From positions 1 to 64,000 of IMG/VR virus record IMGVR_UViG_3300030098_004539: a stretch of DNA of 64,000 bases. One strand, given 5' to 3'. This DNA is from a virus. The notes beneath the pieces are model-generated. The model was not told the DNA's origin and did not search any database. It was given only the letters and a program-made list of their open reading frames with translations. Numbering within the stretch: the stretch's first letter is position 1; each line of letters begins with the position of its first letter. Both the position numbers and the translations under genes were made by a program. Shown in pieces: positions 18,079-27,205 of the stretch.

Positions 18079-18092
18079 ATTTTAAAAAAAGG

Positions 18093-18123
18093 TTGAAAAT
18101 AGATAACAGCGACACTATTTTCA
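18093..18123 (+). promoter_or_regulatory. Sigma70-like promoter overlapped by a 9-bp inverted repeat
   Basis: TTGAAA-N17-TATTTT; TGAAAATAG-N12-CTATTTTCA. Confidence 0.45.
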
Positions 18124-18175
18124 TGCCAACCGTACTGGTTGAACAGTCACTTTTTACTTTAGGGGAAAACAAAGA

Positions 18176-21100
18176 ATGGGATTTGCAGAACGAAATACTA
18201 TGGCGGGACGGACATCTTCTGTTTCGTTCCCAGACGCGATTAAACGAGCGTCTTCGGATACCGCTACTCAATTTACAATTCAAATTACTGATGCTAATGG
18301 ATCTCCAAACGATCCAGATAGCGCCGTACTATACGTACGTGTAACAAACGCTACAGGGACAGGCCAAGACAACCTTCTCTACTCGGATTCTGGGCTGTCG
18401 TCGGTGTTGTCTGCAAGCTCAGACAGTACCTTTGCTACAGCATCCAAGTGGAAACAGGTAAGTACCTCTAACGGTGCAGCTACTATTTACCACAAAACCG
18501 GTACAGGGTCTTCGCTTGAAGGTATTTACCACCTAGAGTACGGTTGGTTCGAGAACAGCGAAGCCCTTTCTGCTTCAAAAATGTTCCGAATCATCGACCT
18601 TGCTGATCTCGATGATTTAAGCACTAACGTCGGTAGTGACTCTGACGGTTCTAGTGCAAGCGGCTCTGTCCACGGTAAGCTTAAAGACGTTAAGTCGGCA
18701 ATCTCCAGCATGACTGTTCCTACTGCTGCTCAAAATGCTGACGCAGTTTGGGACGAAGCCATCAGTGGACATACCGGATCAGGATCTACTGGTGCGGCTC
18801 TCGGAGACATACTTGCTGATACCGCAGCTATGCAACCCATTATTGCTGCTCTCCCCGACAGTGGTGCTCTTACTAGCCTAGCTACTGCAACAGCACTTGC
18901 TACCGTTGATAGCAATGTCGATGATATCGAAGCTGCGATCGGTGCTCTTGGAGATGCGGCCTCTGCTGACTACGCTACCACCCGTACTGCAATGGCTATG
19001 ATCCGAAAGCTCGGTGCTGATATCGCTACAGCAGATGCTGTAGTTGATGGCATTCAATCCGACCTTTCTAACGGTACTGACGGTCTCGGAGCCCTCAAGA
19101 CTCTGATCGACACTGTGGATACCGTTGTAGATGGCATCCAAACTGACCTCTCTAACGGTACTGACGGTCTCGGAGCCCTTAAGACTCTGATCGATACTGT
19201 AGATACGGTAGCAGACGCTATTCTAGTAGATACCGGAACTACACTACCTGCTACCCTCGGTAGTCCAGCCGGTGCCAGCATGTCAGCCGATATTGCTGCT
19301 ATCAAATCTGATACCGCTGCTGCGGTAGCAGACCTGGCTAATGGTACTGATGGTCTTAGTGCTCTTAAAGCGCTGATTGATATTGTTGATGGTAACGTTG
19401 ACGATATTGAGGCCGCAGTTGGTGCGCTTGGTGATGCAGCTTCTGCTGACTACGGTACTAGTCGTACTGCAATGGCTATGCTCCGCAAACTCGGTGCTGA
19501 TGTCGCTGTTGTCGATGGTGTAGCAGATGCTATCTTGGTCGATACCGGTACTACGTTGCCGGCTACTCTCGGTAGCCCTGCTGGCGCTAGTATGTCGGCT
19601 GATATTGCAGCCATTAAATCTGATACCGCTGCTGCGGTAGCAGACCTGGCTAACGGTACTGATGGTCTTGGAGCACTCAAGACTCTGATTGATACCGTAG
19701 ACACGGTCGTAGATGGTATCCAAACTGATCTTTCCAACGGTACTGACGGATTAGGCGCTCTTAAAACGCTTATCGATACTGTAGATACTGTGGCAGATGC
19801 CATCTTGGTTGACACAGGTACTACGTTGCCTGCAACTCTCGGTAGCCCTGCGGGTGCCAGCATGTCTGCGGACATTGCGGCTATTAAGGTCGATACTGCT
19901 GCTGCGGTAGCAGACCTGGCTAACGGTACTGACGGTCTTGGTGCTCTTAAGACGTTAATCGACAATGTTCAGACTGCTGTTAACGCTGTTCAGAACAACA
20001 CTCGATTTGTTGCTGCGGTTCCTGGAAAACTTAACCGCCCTGCGTCGGGTTCGGAAGCTGTAGCAATTGCATGCTACCTTTACGACGAAGCCGGTAACAT
20101 GGAAGATCCAGACAGTAATGAACTGTTTGTTAAGATCTCCCAGATGGACGGGACAGCACTTGCAGGACGTTACTTTAGTGACTCTGGACTTTCGTCGGCT
20201 ATTTCGGCTTCCGGTTCCGGTACTTTTAGTGGGTACTACCCGCTTACTAGGGTTTCCGCAGGTAAGTATGCATTCTTCTACAAGAATGATACGGGCCACG
20301 ACGAGGAAAACCTTGGTGTTGAGTTTGGTTGGGTAGAAGGATCGACGGCCCGCTACCAGGGTCGTGCAATGCAGATTAGTGATGCTGCCGACCTTGATAC
20401 CATCAAGTCTACAGTAGACGGTATCCAAACTGACCTCTCCAACGGTACTGATGGTCTTGGCGCTCTCAAGACTCTGATTGATACCGTAGATACGGTAGCA
20501 GATGCTATCTTGGTCGATACCGGAACTACACTACCGGCTACTCTCGGTAGCCCTGCTGGCGCTAGTATATCGGCTGACATCGCAGCTATCAAATCTGATA
20601 CTGCGGCTGCGGTAGCTGATTTAGCTAACGGTACTGACGGATTAGGCGCTCTTAAAACGCTTATTGACACGGTCGATACTGTAGTTGACGGTATTCAAAC
20701 CGACCTCTCTAACGGTACCGATGGTCTTGGAGCACTCAAGACGCTTATCGATACTGTAGATACGGTAGCGGATGCCATCTTGGTTGATACCGGTACTACG
20801 TTGCCGGCAACTCTTGGTAGCCCTGCTGGCGCTAGTATGTCAGCCGATATTGCAGCTATCAAATCCGACACTGCTGCGGCGGTTGCGGACTTAGCTAACG
20901 GTACTGATGGTCTTAGCGCTCTTAAGGCTTTAATTGATGTTGTTGACGGAAATGTCGATGATATCGAAGCTGCAATCGGTGCTCTTGGAGATGCTGCTTC
21001 TGCTGACTATGCTACCACCCGCACTGCAATGGCTATGCTCCGAAAACTCGGCGCTGATGTTGCTGTTGTTGACAGTGTGGCAGATGCTGTCTTGGTCGAT

Positions 21101-22354
21101 ACTGGAACTACACTACCTGCAACTCTCGGTAGTCCAGCCGGTGCCAGCATGTCTGCGGACATTGCAGCCATTAAATCTGATACCGCAGCAGCAGTAGCTG
21201 ATTTAGCTAACGGTACTGATGGTCTCGGAGCCCTCAAGACTCTGATTGATACCGTAGATACTGTTGTAGACGGTATTCAGACTGATTTGTCTAACGGTAC
21301 TGACGGCCTTGGTGCTCTTAAGACTCTGATTGATACTGCGGACGCTGCAATTGATGCTGTTGGTGTAGACCTCGGCAACTTTAGCGGTGGAACCAACCTT
21401 CAATCTGCTCTGGCAGTAATTGGTAGTGGCTTTGATGACCGAAACGTCAGCATGGCTGTTTCCTCGTTGGTCGGTGACAAGCACCTGTTTAAGGTTGCAA
21501 GCAATAGCTTCTCCGGTGGTGCTGGAACGTTTGTTCTGACTCGAATCGGAGCAGGGTACCCCTCACCAAGTGCGTCGGATGATGTATACATCGGCGGAGC
21601 TTTCCGAGTTCTTGCAGGCGGTGTTGTTGGTCGCGATGTTGCGGTTACTGACTACACGGGCAGTAGTGGCTCTGTAGCTTACGCAGGTGCTACGCTGACA
21701 GATGACGATGTCGTTGTCTTCATGCCGCAGTTTTCTAATGTCGGTCAATCTGATGATGCAGCAGCGTCGAGTGCGTCTGATGCAGGTAAGAGTGTTTTTG
21801 CTCGACTCCGCTACATTGCAGAACTGGTTTCTACTCAGAAGGCTATTCAGCGCGGTACGTTTAAGAAGTACCTTAAGCGTTCGACTGCTGGTGTTCTTAG
21901 CAACGATCCTACGGACGGTGCTGAGTCGGCATCTAGCACTTCTACGGCGGCTGCATACGAAGCTCTTGATGTTGTTACGATTTCCTTTGACGAGGGGTCG
22001 GACGCTTCTATCGAAGATGTCTTCGCAGTCTTCAAGTGGAAGCACCAGGGCACCAATGGTGGTGGCGGTGGTAGTATTACTACTCGCTGGTACGTCTCTG
22101 GACTATCCAGTGCTCCTAGTGCAGGAGACGCGATTAGTGGTGTAAGTGACGCTGTTGCAGTGTCGGGTGAGTTCGCAGGAACTACGACGGCGGCTACAAG
22201 CAGTGTTAGTGGTTTGTTGAACAACAACGCTCTTAGCGCGTTTTCAAATGGTAAGATCCACCTCATCCTTGCAGGAAAAGCCGGTACTGCCGGAGATACC
22301 TGCACTGGGTGGATTTACAACTCCTCCAGCGTAGAGGTTACTTACGAAGTATAA
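18176..22354 (+). CDS. Long repeat-containing fibre/whisker-like virion protein
   Basis: 1392 aa; 12x NGTDGL(G/S)ALK, 6x TGTTLPATLGSPAGAS, 3x DDIEAA.GALGDAASADY; duplicated globular domain (DPDS...SDSGLSS). Confidence 0.75.
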   Translation: MGFAERNTMAGRTSSVSFPDAIKRASSDTATQFTIQITDANGSPNDPDSAVLYVRVTNATGTGQDNLLYSDSGLSSVLSASSDSTFATASKWKQVSTSNGAATIYHKTGTGSSLEGIYHLEYGWFENSEALSASKMFRIIDLADLDDLSTNVGSDSDGSSASGSVHGKLKDVKSAISSMTVPTAAQNADAVWDEAISGHTGSGSTGAALGDILADTAAMQPIIAALPDSGALTSLATATALATVDSNVDDIEAAIGALGDAASADYATTRTAMAMIRKLGADIATADAVVDGIQSDLSNGTDGLGALKTLIDTVDTVVDGIQTDLSNGTDGLGALKTLIDTVDTVADAILVDTGTTLPATLGSPAGASMSADIAAIKSDTAAAVADLANGTDGLSALKALIDIVDGNVDDIEAAVGALGDAASADYGTSRTAMAMLRKLGADVAVVDGVADAILVDTGTTLPATLGSPAGASMSADIAAIKSDTAAAVADLANGTDGLGALKTLIDTVDTVVDGIQTDLSNGTDGLGALKTLIDTVDTVADAILVDTGTTLPATLGSPAGASMSADIAAIKVDTAAAVADLANGTDGLGALKTLIDNVQTAVNAVQNNTRFVAAVPGKLNRPASGSEAVAIACYLYDEAGNMEDPDSNELFVKISQMDGTALAGRYFSDSGLSSAISASGSGTFSGYYPLTRVSAGKYAFFYKNDTGHDEENLGVEFGWVEGSTARYQGRAMQISDAADLDTIKSTVDGIQTDLSNGTDGLGALKTLIDTVDTVADAILVDTGTTLPATLGSPAGASISADIAAIKSDTAAAVADLANGTDGLGALKTLIDTVDTVVDGIQTDLSNGTDGLGALKTLIDTVDTVADAILVDTGTTLPATLGSPAGASMSADIAAIKSDTAAAVADLANGTDGLSALKALIDVVDGNVDDIEAAIGALGDAASADYATTRTAMAMLRKLGADVAVVDSVADAVLVDTGTTLPATLGSPAGASMSADIAAIKSDTAAAVADLANGTDGLGALKTLIDTVDTVVDGIQTDLSNGTDGLGALKTLIDTADAAIDAVGVDLGNFSGGTNLQSALAVIGSGFDDRNVSMAVSSLVGDKHLFKVASNSFSGGAGTFVLTRIGAGYPSPSASDDVYIGGAFRVLAGGVVGRDVAVTDYTGSSGSVAYAGATLTDDDVVVFMPQFSNVGQSDDAAASSASDAGKSVFARLRYIAELVSTQKAIQRGTFKKYLKRSTAGVLSNDPTDGAESASSTSTAAAYEALDVVTISFDEGSDASIEDVFAVFKWKHQGTNGGGGGSITTRWYVSGLSSAPSAGDAISGVSDAVAVSGEFAGTTTAATSSVSGLLNNNALSAFSNGKIHLILAGKAGTAGDTCTGWIYNSSSVEVTYEV
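18895..21340 (+). repeat. Two blocks of modular peptide repeats separated by a globular domain (about 19980-20390)
   Basis: Near-identical amino-acid units with synonymous nucleotide differences. Confidence 0.9.
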
Positions 22355-22377
22355 TACTTCTACGTAAGTAGTGAACT

Positions 22378-22422
22378 AAGCCCCCACTCCTAGAATTTCT
22401 AAGGGTGGGGGTTTTTTCTTTT
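22378..22422 (+). terminator. Rho-independent terminator
   Basis: gcccccac...gtgggggt stem followed by a T run. Confidence 0.8.
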
Positions 22423-22541
22423 ATAGCGAATAGTTAATCTGGTGTAGAGTGTTGGTGAAAATAAGCCTTCTTTTTTAAGAATGTGCTCTCGTGTAAAGGG
22501 TCCGATTTTTATGAGACTCGTTGGAATAAGGAAAATTAGGA

Positions 22542-22940
22542 ATGTTAAACACTGTAAAACCAGTACACATCAACTTGAGCCTAGACTCCACAGCGGGTGC
22601 TGGAGACACTTCAGGTATTTATACCTACGAAACTGTTCCTGATACTACAGTGGCCCTTAAAGTAACCGTACCGGGGATGGGAGCGGGACCAAATCCTTCT
22701 GTAGGATCTAAATCTACGTGGCGAAAAGCTACTTGGATTTGGCTTCGTAATATGGACGTAGCTCACGATATTGCGATTAGTTTTGATAACGGTAACAATT
22801 TTGTCACTATTCAAAACGCAATTGCTGCTTCAAATAGTTATGATACGTTTTCTGCGAGCTTAATGTTTAGGCATTTTTATGTAAAAGCTCTTACAGGTAC
22901 CGCACTTGTTCAATGCATCGTTGGTATTAATCAGAGCTAG
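22542..22940 (+). CDS. Small beta-rich hypothetical (probably virion) protein
   Basis: 132-aa ORF with AAGGA upstream. Confidence 0.65.
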   Translation: MLNTVKPVHINLSLDSTAGAGDTSGIYTYETVPDTTVALKVTVPGMGAGPNPSVGSKSTWRKATWIWLRNMDVAHDIAISFDNGNNFVTIQNAIAASNSYDTFSASLMFRHFYVKALTGTALVQCIVGINQS

Positions 22941-22956
22941 CTAAGGGGTAGGGGCT

Positions 22957-23313
22957 GTGAGTGATGAAGATTCAAACGATCCTCCGAGTGACACTATGAT
23001 GAGTAAGATTCAAACATACTGGCCAATTTTTGTAGCTGTTGTAGTAGCTGTGGTGTGGGTAACTTCGACTGTTGTGTCGGCGTCTCTTTCTGTAGCTAGT
23101 GTCAAATCGGATGTAGAGATCAACCGACGAGACATTGCAAAAGGTGACGAGAAAGTTGAGAACCACCAAAAAACAGTACGTAAAGTTAACAATCGGTTAA
23201 TTACTGTAGAAACAGACATTAAACATATTCGGGTACAGCAGAAGCAGAACCACGAAGACATTAAGTCTGAGCTAAGGATTCTCCGACAAGACATTAAAAA
23301 AATGTCTAACTAG
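22957..23313 (+). CDS. Single-TM plus coiled-coil membrane protein
   Basis: YWPIFVAVVVAVVWVTSTVV hydrophobic helix followed by a heptad-like C-terminus. Confidence 0.7.
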   Translation: MSDEDSNDPPSDTMMSKIQTYWPIFVAVVVAVVWVTSTVVSASLSVASVKSDVEINRRDIAKGDEKVENHQKTVRKVNNRLITVETDIKHIRVQQKQNHEDIKSELRILRQDIKKMSN

Positions 23314-23322
23314 GAGGATCTA

Positions 23323-24207
23323 ATGGCAGTTACACCACAAGTATTTACTACAATTCAGATTCCGGTAAACCAGTGGCGCTGGCTTCCGGTTACTTGTGTA
23401 AGCGATGCTGGCGTTGCTCAAATCGATATAGTTTCAAGTGCTGCCAAAGTGTCGTTTATTCGATACGGAGAAATTTCTCCTACGGTATACAATAATGCCG
23501 CAGGTTTTGAGAACGATAATTCTGTAATAGTAGCGGCTACGACGTTACCTATTGGTACGACAACAATTAAGCTATTAGACACAAGCAAGTTTCCTCCAGA
23601 CAATGGTTATATTCACTTAGATCCTGGTAACGCCAACGACGAGAAACTTCAATACTCGTACAATAACGTATCTACAGGGGAACTAACTATTTCCCCTACG
23701 ACTAAAGTTCACGCTCCAGGAGAGATGGTAGGGCGTGTTGATTGGGTACAAGTTGATAAAGTTAACGCCCCCGGAAGTTACTTATTATTACTCCCTCCGA
23801 CTATTCTTAATAAGGTTGATCTGTTTACGTATATCGTAACAAATATTGGCGGTGGTAACGCATTTCAGCCGTATTACAATACGATTGATATCATAGGGAG
23901 CCTTGATCCGGTTTCGATGACGACCCCGTCGTTAGCTACTTGTAAGCTATACGGGTTTGTTGTTGACTTAACAGGTTCTCCGATAGCTAACACGGGAGTT
24001 TCTGTAAAATTGTTAGCTGTTCCTTCTACTATGAGTAACGCTGGATTGTACGACAATATTGTGTCTGCTAAAACAGATGCTAATGGTTACTTTGAGATAA
24101 GCGTCCTTCAACAGGCCACGGTAGATATTGTGATTGCAGATATTGGTTATCGTCGCACAGTTACGGTTCCCAGTACTACGTTAGCTAAACTGTTCGAGCT
24201 TTCATAA
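23323..24207 (+). CDS. Virion structural protein with C-terminal prealbumin/carboxypeptidase-regulatory-like beta domain
   Basis: LYGFVVDLTGSPIANTGV...AKTDANGYFEI; AGGAGG RBS. Confidence 0.65.
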   Translation: MAVTPQVFTTIQIPVNQWRWLPVTCVSDAGVAQIDIVSSAAKVSFIRYGEISPTVYNNAAGFENDNSVIVAATTLPIGTTTIKLLDTSKFPPDNGYIHLDPGNANDEKLQYSYNNVSTGELTISPTTKVHAPGEMVGRVDWVQVDKVNAPGSYLLLLPPTILNKVDLFTYIVTNIGGGNAFQPYYNTIDIIGSLDPVSMTTPSLATCKLYGFVVDLTGSPIANTGVSVKLLAVPSTMSNAGLYDNIVSAKTDANGYFEISVLQQATVDIVIADIGYRRTVTVPSTTLAKLFELS

Positions 24208-25685
24208 TGGCGATTACTTCGGTCACATCTATTGCTGTAAACCATGACGAGTACAGCAGGTTTGAGCAAGACAGGGCGGTGATCGAAGCTGTCGTATTTG
24301 TAAGTGGTACAGTTAGTGCGACTGCTTCAGAAAACACGTTAACTTTTGAAATTCGTAAGGCTCGAAGAAACAGGGACGTAGTTGTTTATACCTTAGATGT
24401 AAACGCTGCTACGTATTTTGGTTTAGGGGCTGCCGCTAATTTTGACGCCAACGCTCCTTTGTACGTTAATTTAGATACTCGTCTAGCGGTATCGTCTCCT
24501 TCACTAATCAGCCTTATTCGTCGCGGTGAGTATTTTGTTAAAGTTTACCGAAGTGACGACACTTCTCCTTTTACTGCTGCTACTACCAAGGATTCTTCTG
24601 ACTTTTGGATTAACCCAGTAACTGTACACCGTATGAAGAAGGATTGGTGTTTTGGGATTGATTTCCAGTCTTCAGATCTTAGAAACTGGCGGTTTGATCC
24701 TCGTCAGATTACTGGCGTATCGATTCAAGAGGTTAGCAGAAACCACAAACTATCTTTTTTTCCTCTTAATTACACAGTAGACCCTGCCGGTAATAAGTTC
24801 CTTTCTTGGAGTGACGGTAGCCTTATTCCGATAAGTACTGCGTATAGCGAGTACATGTTACCTTCGGGTGGCCCGAGTTCGGAATACATCGTAGTAAAGG
24901 TAGACCATAATAGGCTGCCTACTTCTACTAAGCAGGAAGAGTTATTTATTGAAGAGATGACTCTTTCAGACACCACTATCCGAAGGTATTTAAGTGATTC
25001 AATTGATCACATAGAGAACACTTTAGTTCAGGTGTACATTGAGCCTACGTCTATTGTTACGGATGTAGACCCGTCCGAGCTTACATACAGTGGCAGTGGT
25101 GGTGCACTGGTCATTAACAGTGACTACGATTTTATTAAATCTCCTATTTCGTTCTTCCCTCGAAGGCCTGGACAATGGATTGATATCCAGTTTCCTTTTC
25201 CTAGTCTTCTTTCTGTAGATCAACTTTACGGAGCGGTAGCTAATACCCGCGTAGTCCACATCAATCCAGAGTGGATTGAGGTCTCAGAAAAGTCTGGGTA
25301 CACACAGTTAGTACCCTTCAACACCGAACTAGCTTTTGATTTTATCGGACTTATTTGGGTTGAGGCGTTACGAAGCGCAACACCTATTCCTAATTTCTGG
25401 CACTACAATCTTATAGCAGGCCTTAGGGATTGTCCGGGAGATATCTTAGAGTTGATAGGGAAGCATGCTGCTATTCCTATCCTTACCGCAGCCGGTGCCG
25501 CGTTCCGAGGAGGATATTCTAGTCAGTCTATTTCTCGTGACGGTGTGTCAGAGAGTGTTTCTTACACCTCGTCTGCTATTTACGGCATTTATAGTGCTAG
25601 TATTGAAGATTATAGAAACTGGATTCGCGAGCATTTACCGGCTATCAAGAATAGGTACCGTGGACCACAGATGATAGTGATGTAA
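24207..25685 (+). CDS. Head-tail adaptor (neck) protein with N-terminal extension
   Basis: C-terminal SISRDGVSESVSYTSSAIYGIYSASI resembles Twort-like adaptor proteins; position after the head genes. Confidence 0.8.
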   Translation: MAITSVTSIAVNHDEYSRFEQDRAVIEAVVFVSGTVSATASENTLTFEIRKARRNRDVVVYTLDVNAATYFGLGAAANFDANAPLYVNLDTRLAVSSPSLISLIRRGEYFVKVYRSDDTSPFTAATTKDSSDFWINPVTVHRMKKDWCFGIDFQSSDLRNWRFDPRQITGVSIQEVSRNHKLSFFPLNYTVDPAGNKFLSWSDGSLIPISTAYSEYMLPSGGPSSEYIVVKVDHNRLPTSTKQEELFIEEMTLSDTTIRRYLSDSIDHIENTLVQVYIEPTSIVTDVDPSELTYSGSGGALVINSDYDFIKSPISFFPRRPGQWIDIQFPFPSLLSVDQLYGAVANTRVVHINPEWIEVSEKSGYTQLVPFNTELAFDFIGLIWVEALRSATPIPNFWHYNLIAGLRDCPGDILELIGKHAAIPILTAAGAAFRGGYSSQSISRDGVSESVSYTSSAIYGIYSASIEDYRNWIREHLPAIKNRYRGPQMIVM

Positions 25686-26470
25686 TGTCAGACAAGAAGA
25701 AAAACATCGCCAGGAGATTAAACCAGCAAACTGGTCTGGGGGTGACTTGGTCTGACAATTTTCGGATGCAAGACGGTCTCATTGCTAACCGAGGCCAAGT
25801 AGTAGTCCATGAAATTGGACTTTCTTGTACTTGCCGGTCTGGAAACTGGGGGGAAGATGTTGTTGGGGGAAGTGGTAAGTTTTCGTGTAGCAATTGTGAA
25901 AACGGTATCCTCTATCGTAAACCTCTTCAGATTATGGGTCTTATTTCCAGTATTTCTTCAAATCGTCAGTTGATTGAAACTGGATTCATTAACCCAGGAG
26001 ATTGCGTACTTTCCGTTTCTCCTAATTTGAAGAACCCGCCGTCTGACTTTGATAAGATTACGTTTACGTGGCCTGAGAATGTCGGTGACGGACAAGTTAT
26101 TATTCGCGGAGAATCCATAGACGCAATGCTTGGTTTGAAAGAGAACGAAGATTTTCTTCATTACCAAGGCGCAGAGGCTATTTACTGTGAAGACGAGAAC
26201 GGTAAAGAGTATCATGAGAACGTGGATTTTTACTTTAAAGAGAAGAAAATAGTTTGGACTAACCCTCCGGCTTTAAGAACTCGATATACGATTAAGTATA
26301 AAGCGTATTTAGAGTGGTTAGTTTATGATTCTCCGATGTCCCGTCGCGACCAAGATCGAGATTTAGGTTTTAGAGTTGTCCTTCGTAAGAAGCACCTTGT
26401 GAATCTGAGAGATTCAGTGGACGATAGTCCTCTGGACAAAGCTCAGTTTAGGTCAAGAGTGAGGGCGTAG
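25685..26470 (+). CDS. Head-closure (stopper) protein with Cys4 motif
   Basis: CTC...CSNCENG motif; synteny with Twort-like neck genes. Confidence 0.75.
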   Translation: MSDKKKNIARRLNQQTGLGVTWSDNFRMQDGLIANRGQVVVHEIGLSCTCRSGNWGEDVVGGSGKFSCSNCENGILYRKPLQIMGLISSISSNRQLIETGFINPGDCVLSVSPNLKNPPSDFDKITFTWPENVGDGQVIIRGESIDAMLGLKENEDFLHYQGAEAIYCEDENGKEYHENVDFYFKEKKIVWTNPPALRTRYTIKYKAYLEWLVYDSPMSRRDQDRDLGFRVVLRKKHLVNLRDSVDDSPLDKAQFRSRVRA

Positions 26471-27205
26471 ATGTCTACTAAAACTACAGATCTATTTACT
26501 AGGCGACAGGTTAAAGATTACGCAGTCGTAGACTATAAAAAGTTTAAGGCTCAGACAGACGTTCGTATGTTGGCTCTGGCTGCGGCAGCTTTGGTTAAGT
26601 GGGTAGATCACGCTAAAGCTACTTTCAGCGCGTCTACCAGTGCTCGTTACTTAGAAGCGTTGTATTGGGAGCCTGATAATCCCGAACGGATTGTGCTAGG
26701 CATTAAACCCGGTACGTTTGGAGCCCTTTTAGAATATGGTCTTGGAGAAAGAGACCTTCGAAGTGTCTTTTTGAAAAAGGCCAAGATTTCTAAAGACGGG
26801 CACCTGTACCGGCGCATACCTGTCGGTAAAATTCCACGTCCTGCTAGTACACAACCGTTTATTGCCAGCGTTGATGGAATTAGATCTGCTGTCAGTAAGA
26901 TGGAACCACAAGTAGCTAAGTTCGTTATCCAAGGACAGATGTCTCGTTTTGGAAAAGCCAACGTGACGGCGCACAACACTCAACAAAGAGGCGCGTTCTT
27001 ACCTACAGGGGAACAGCAGTTCAGGGTCATCTCGTCTAATAAGGACGTTAAACGACGAGAACGACTAGGCAAACCAAGTGACTCTTGGAAACATCCAGGC
27101 ATTAGAGCAGCACTTATAGGAAATCAAGTTTCCTCGTGGATGGATCTCAATCGCGAGTCGTTTACACAAGACATGTTCCAAGGGGACGCAGGCATCACTT
27201 CATGA
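26471..27205 (+). CDS. Neck/tail-completion protein
   Basis: LEYG...DLR, FRVISS...SWKHPG; synteny. Confidence 0.7.
   Translation: MSTKTTDLFTRRQVKDYAVVDYKKFKAQTDVRMLALAAAALVKWVDHAKATFSASTSARYLEALYWEPDNPERIVLGIKPGTFGALLEYGLGERDLRSVFLKKAKISKDGHLYRRIPVGKIPRPASTQPFIASVDGIRSAVSKMEPQVAKFVIQGQMSRFGKANVTAHNTQQRGAFLPTGEQQFRVISSNKDVKRRERLGKPSDSWKHPGIRAALIGNQVSSWMDLNRESFTQDMFQGDAGITS

Noticed and set aside
18093-18344. 83-aa ORF overlapping the fibre gene start
   Set aside because: TTG start without an RBS inside the promoter-like element; overlaps the long gene out of frame.
18895-21340. Regularly recurring aacggtactga(c/t)gg repeats resembling a CRISPR array or DGR template/variable pair
   Set aside because: The repeats are in-frame coding units varying at synonymous positions, the intervening segments are themselves repeated, there is no adenine-specific variation, and no cas or reverse transcriptase gene is in the window.
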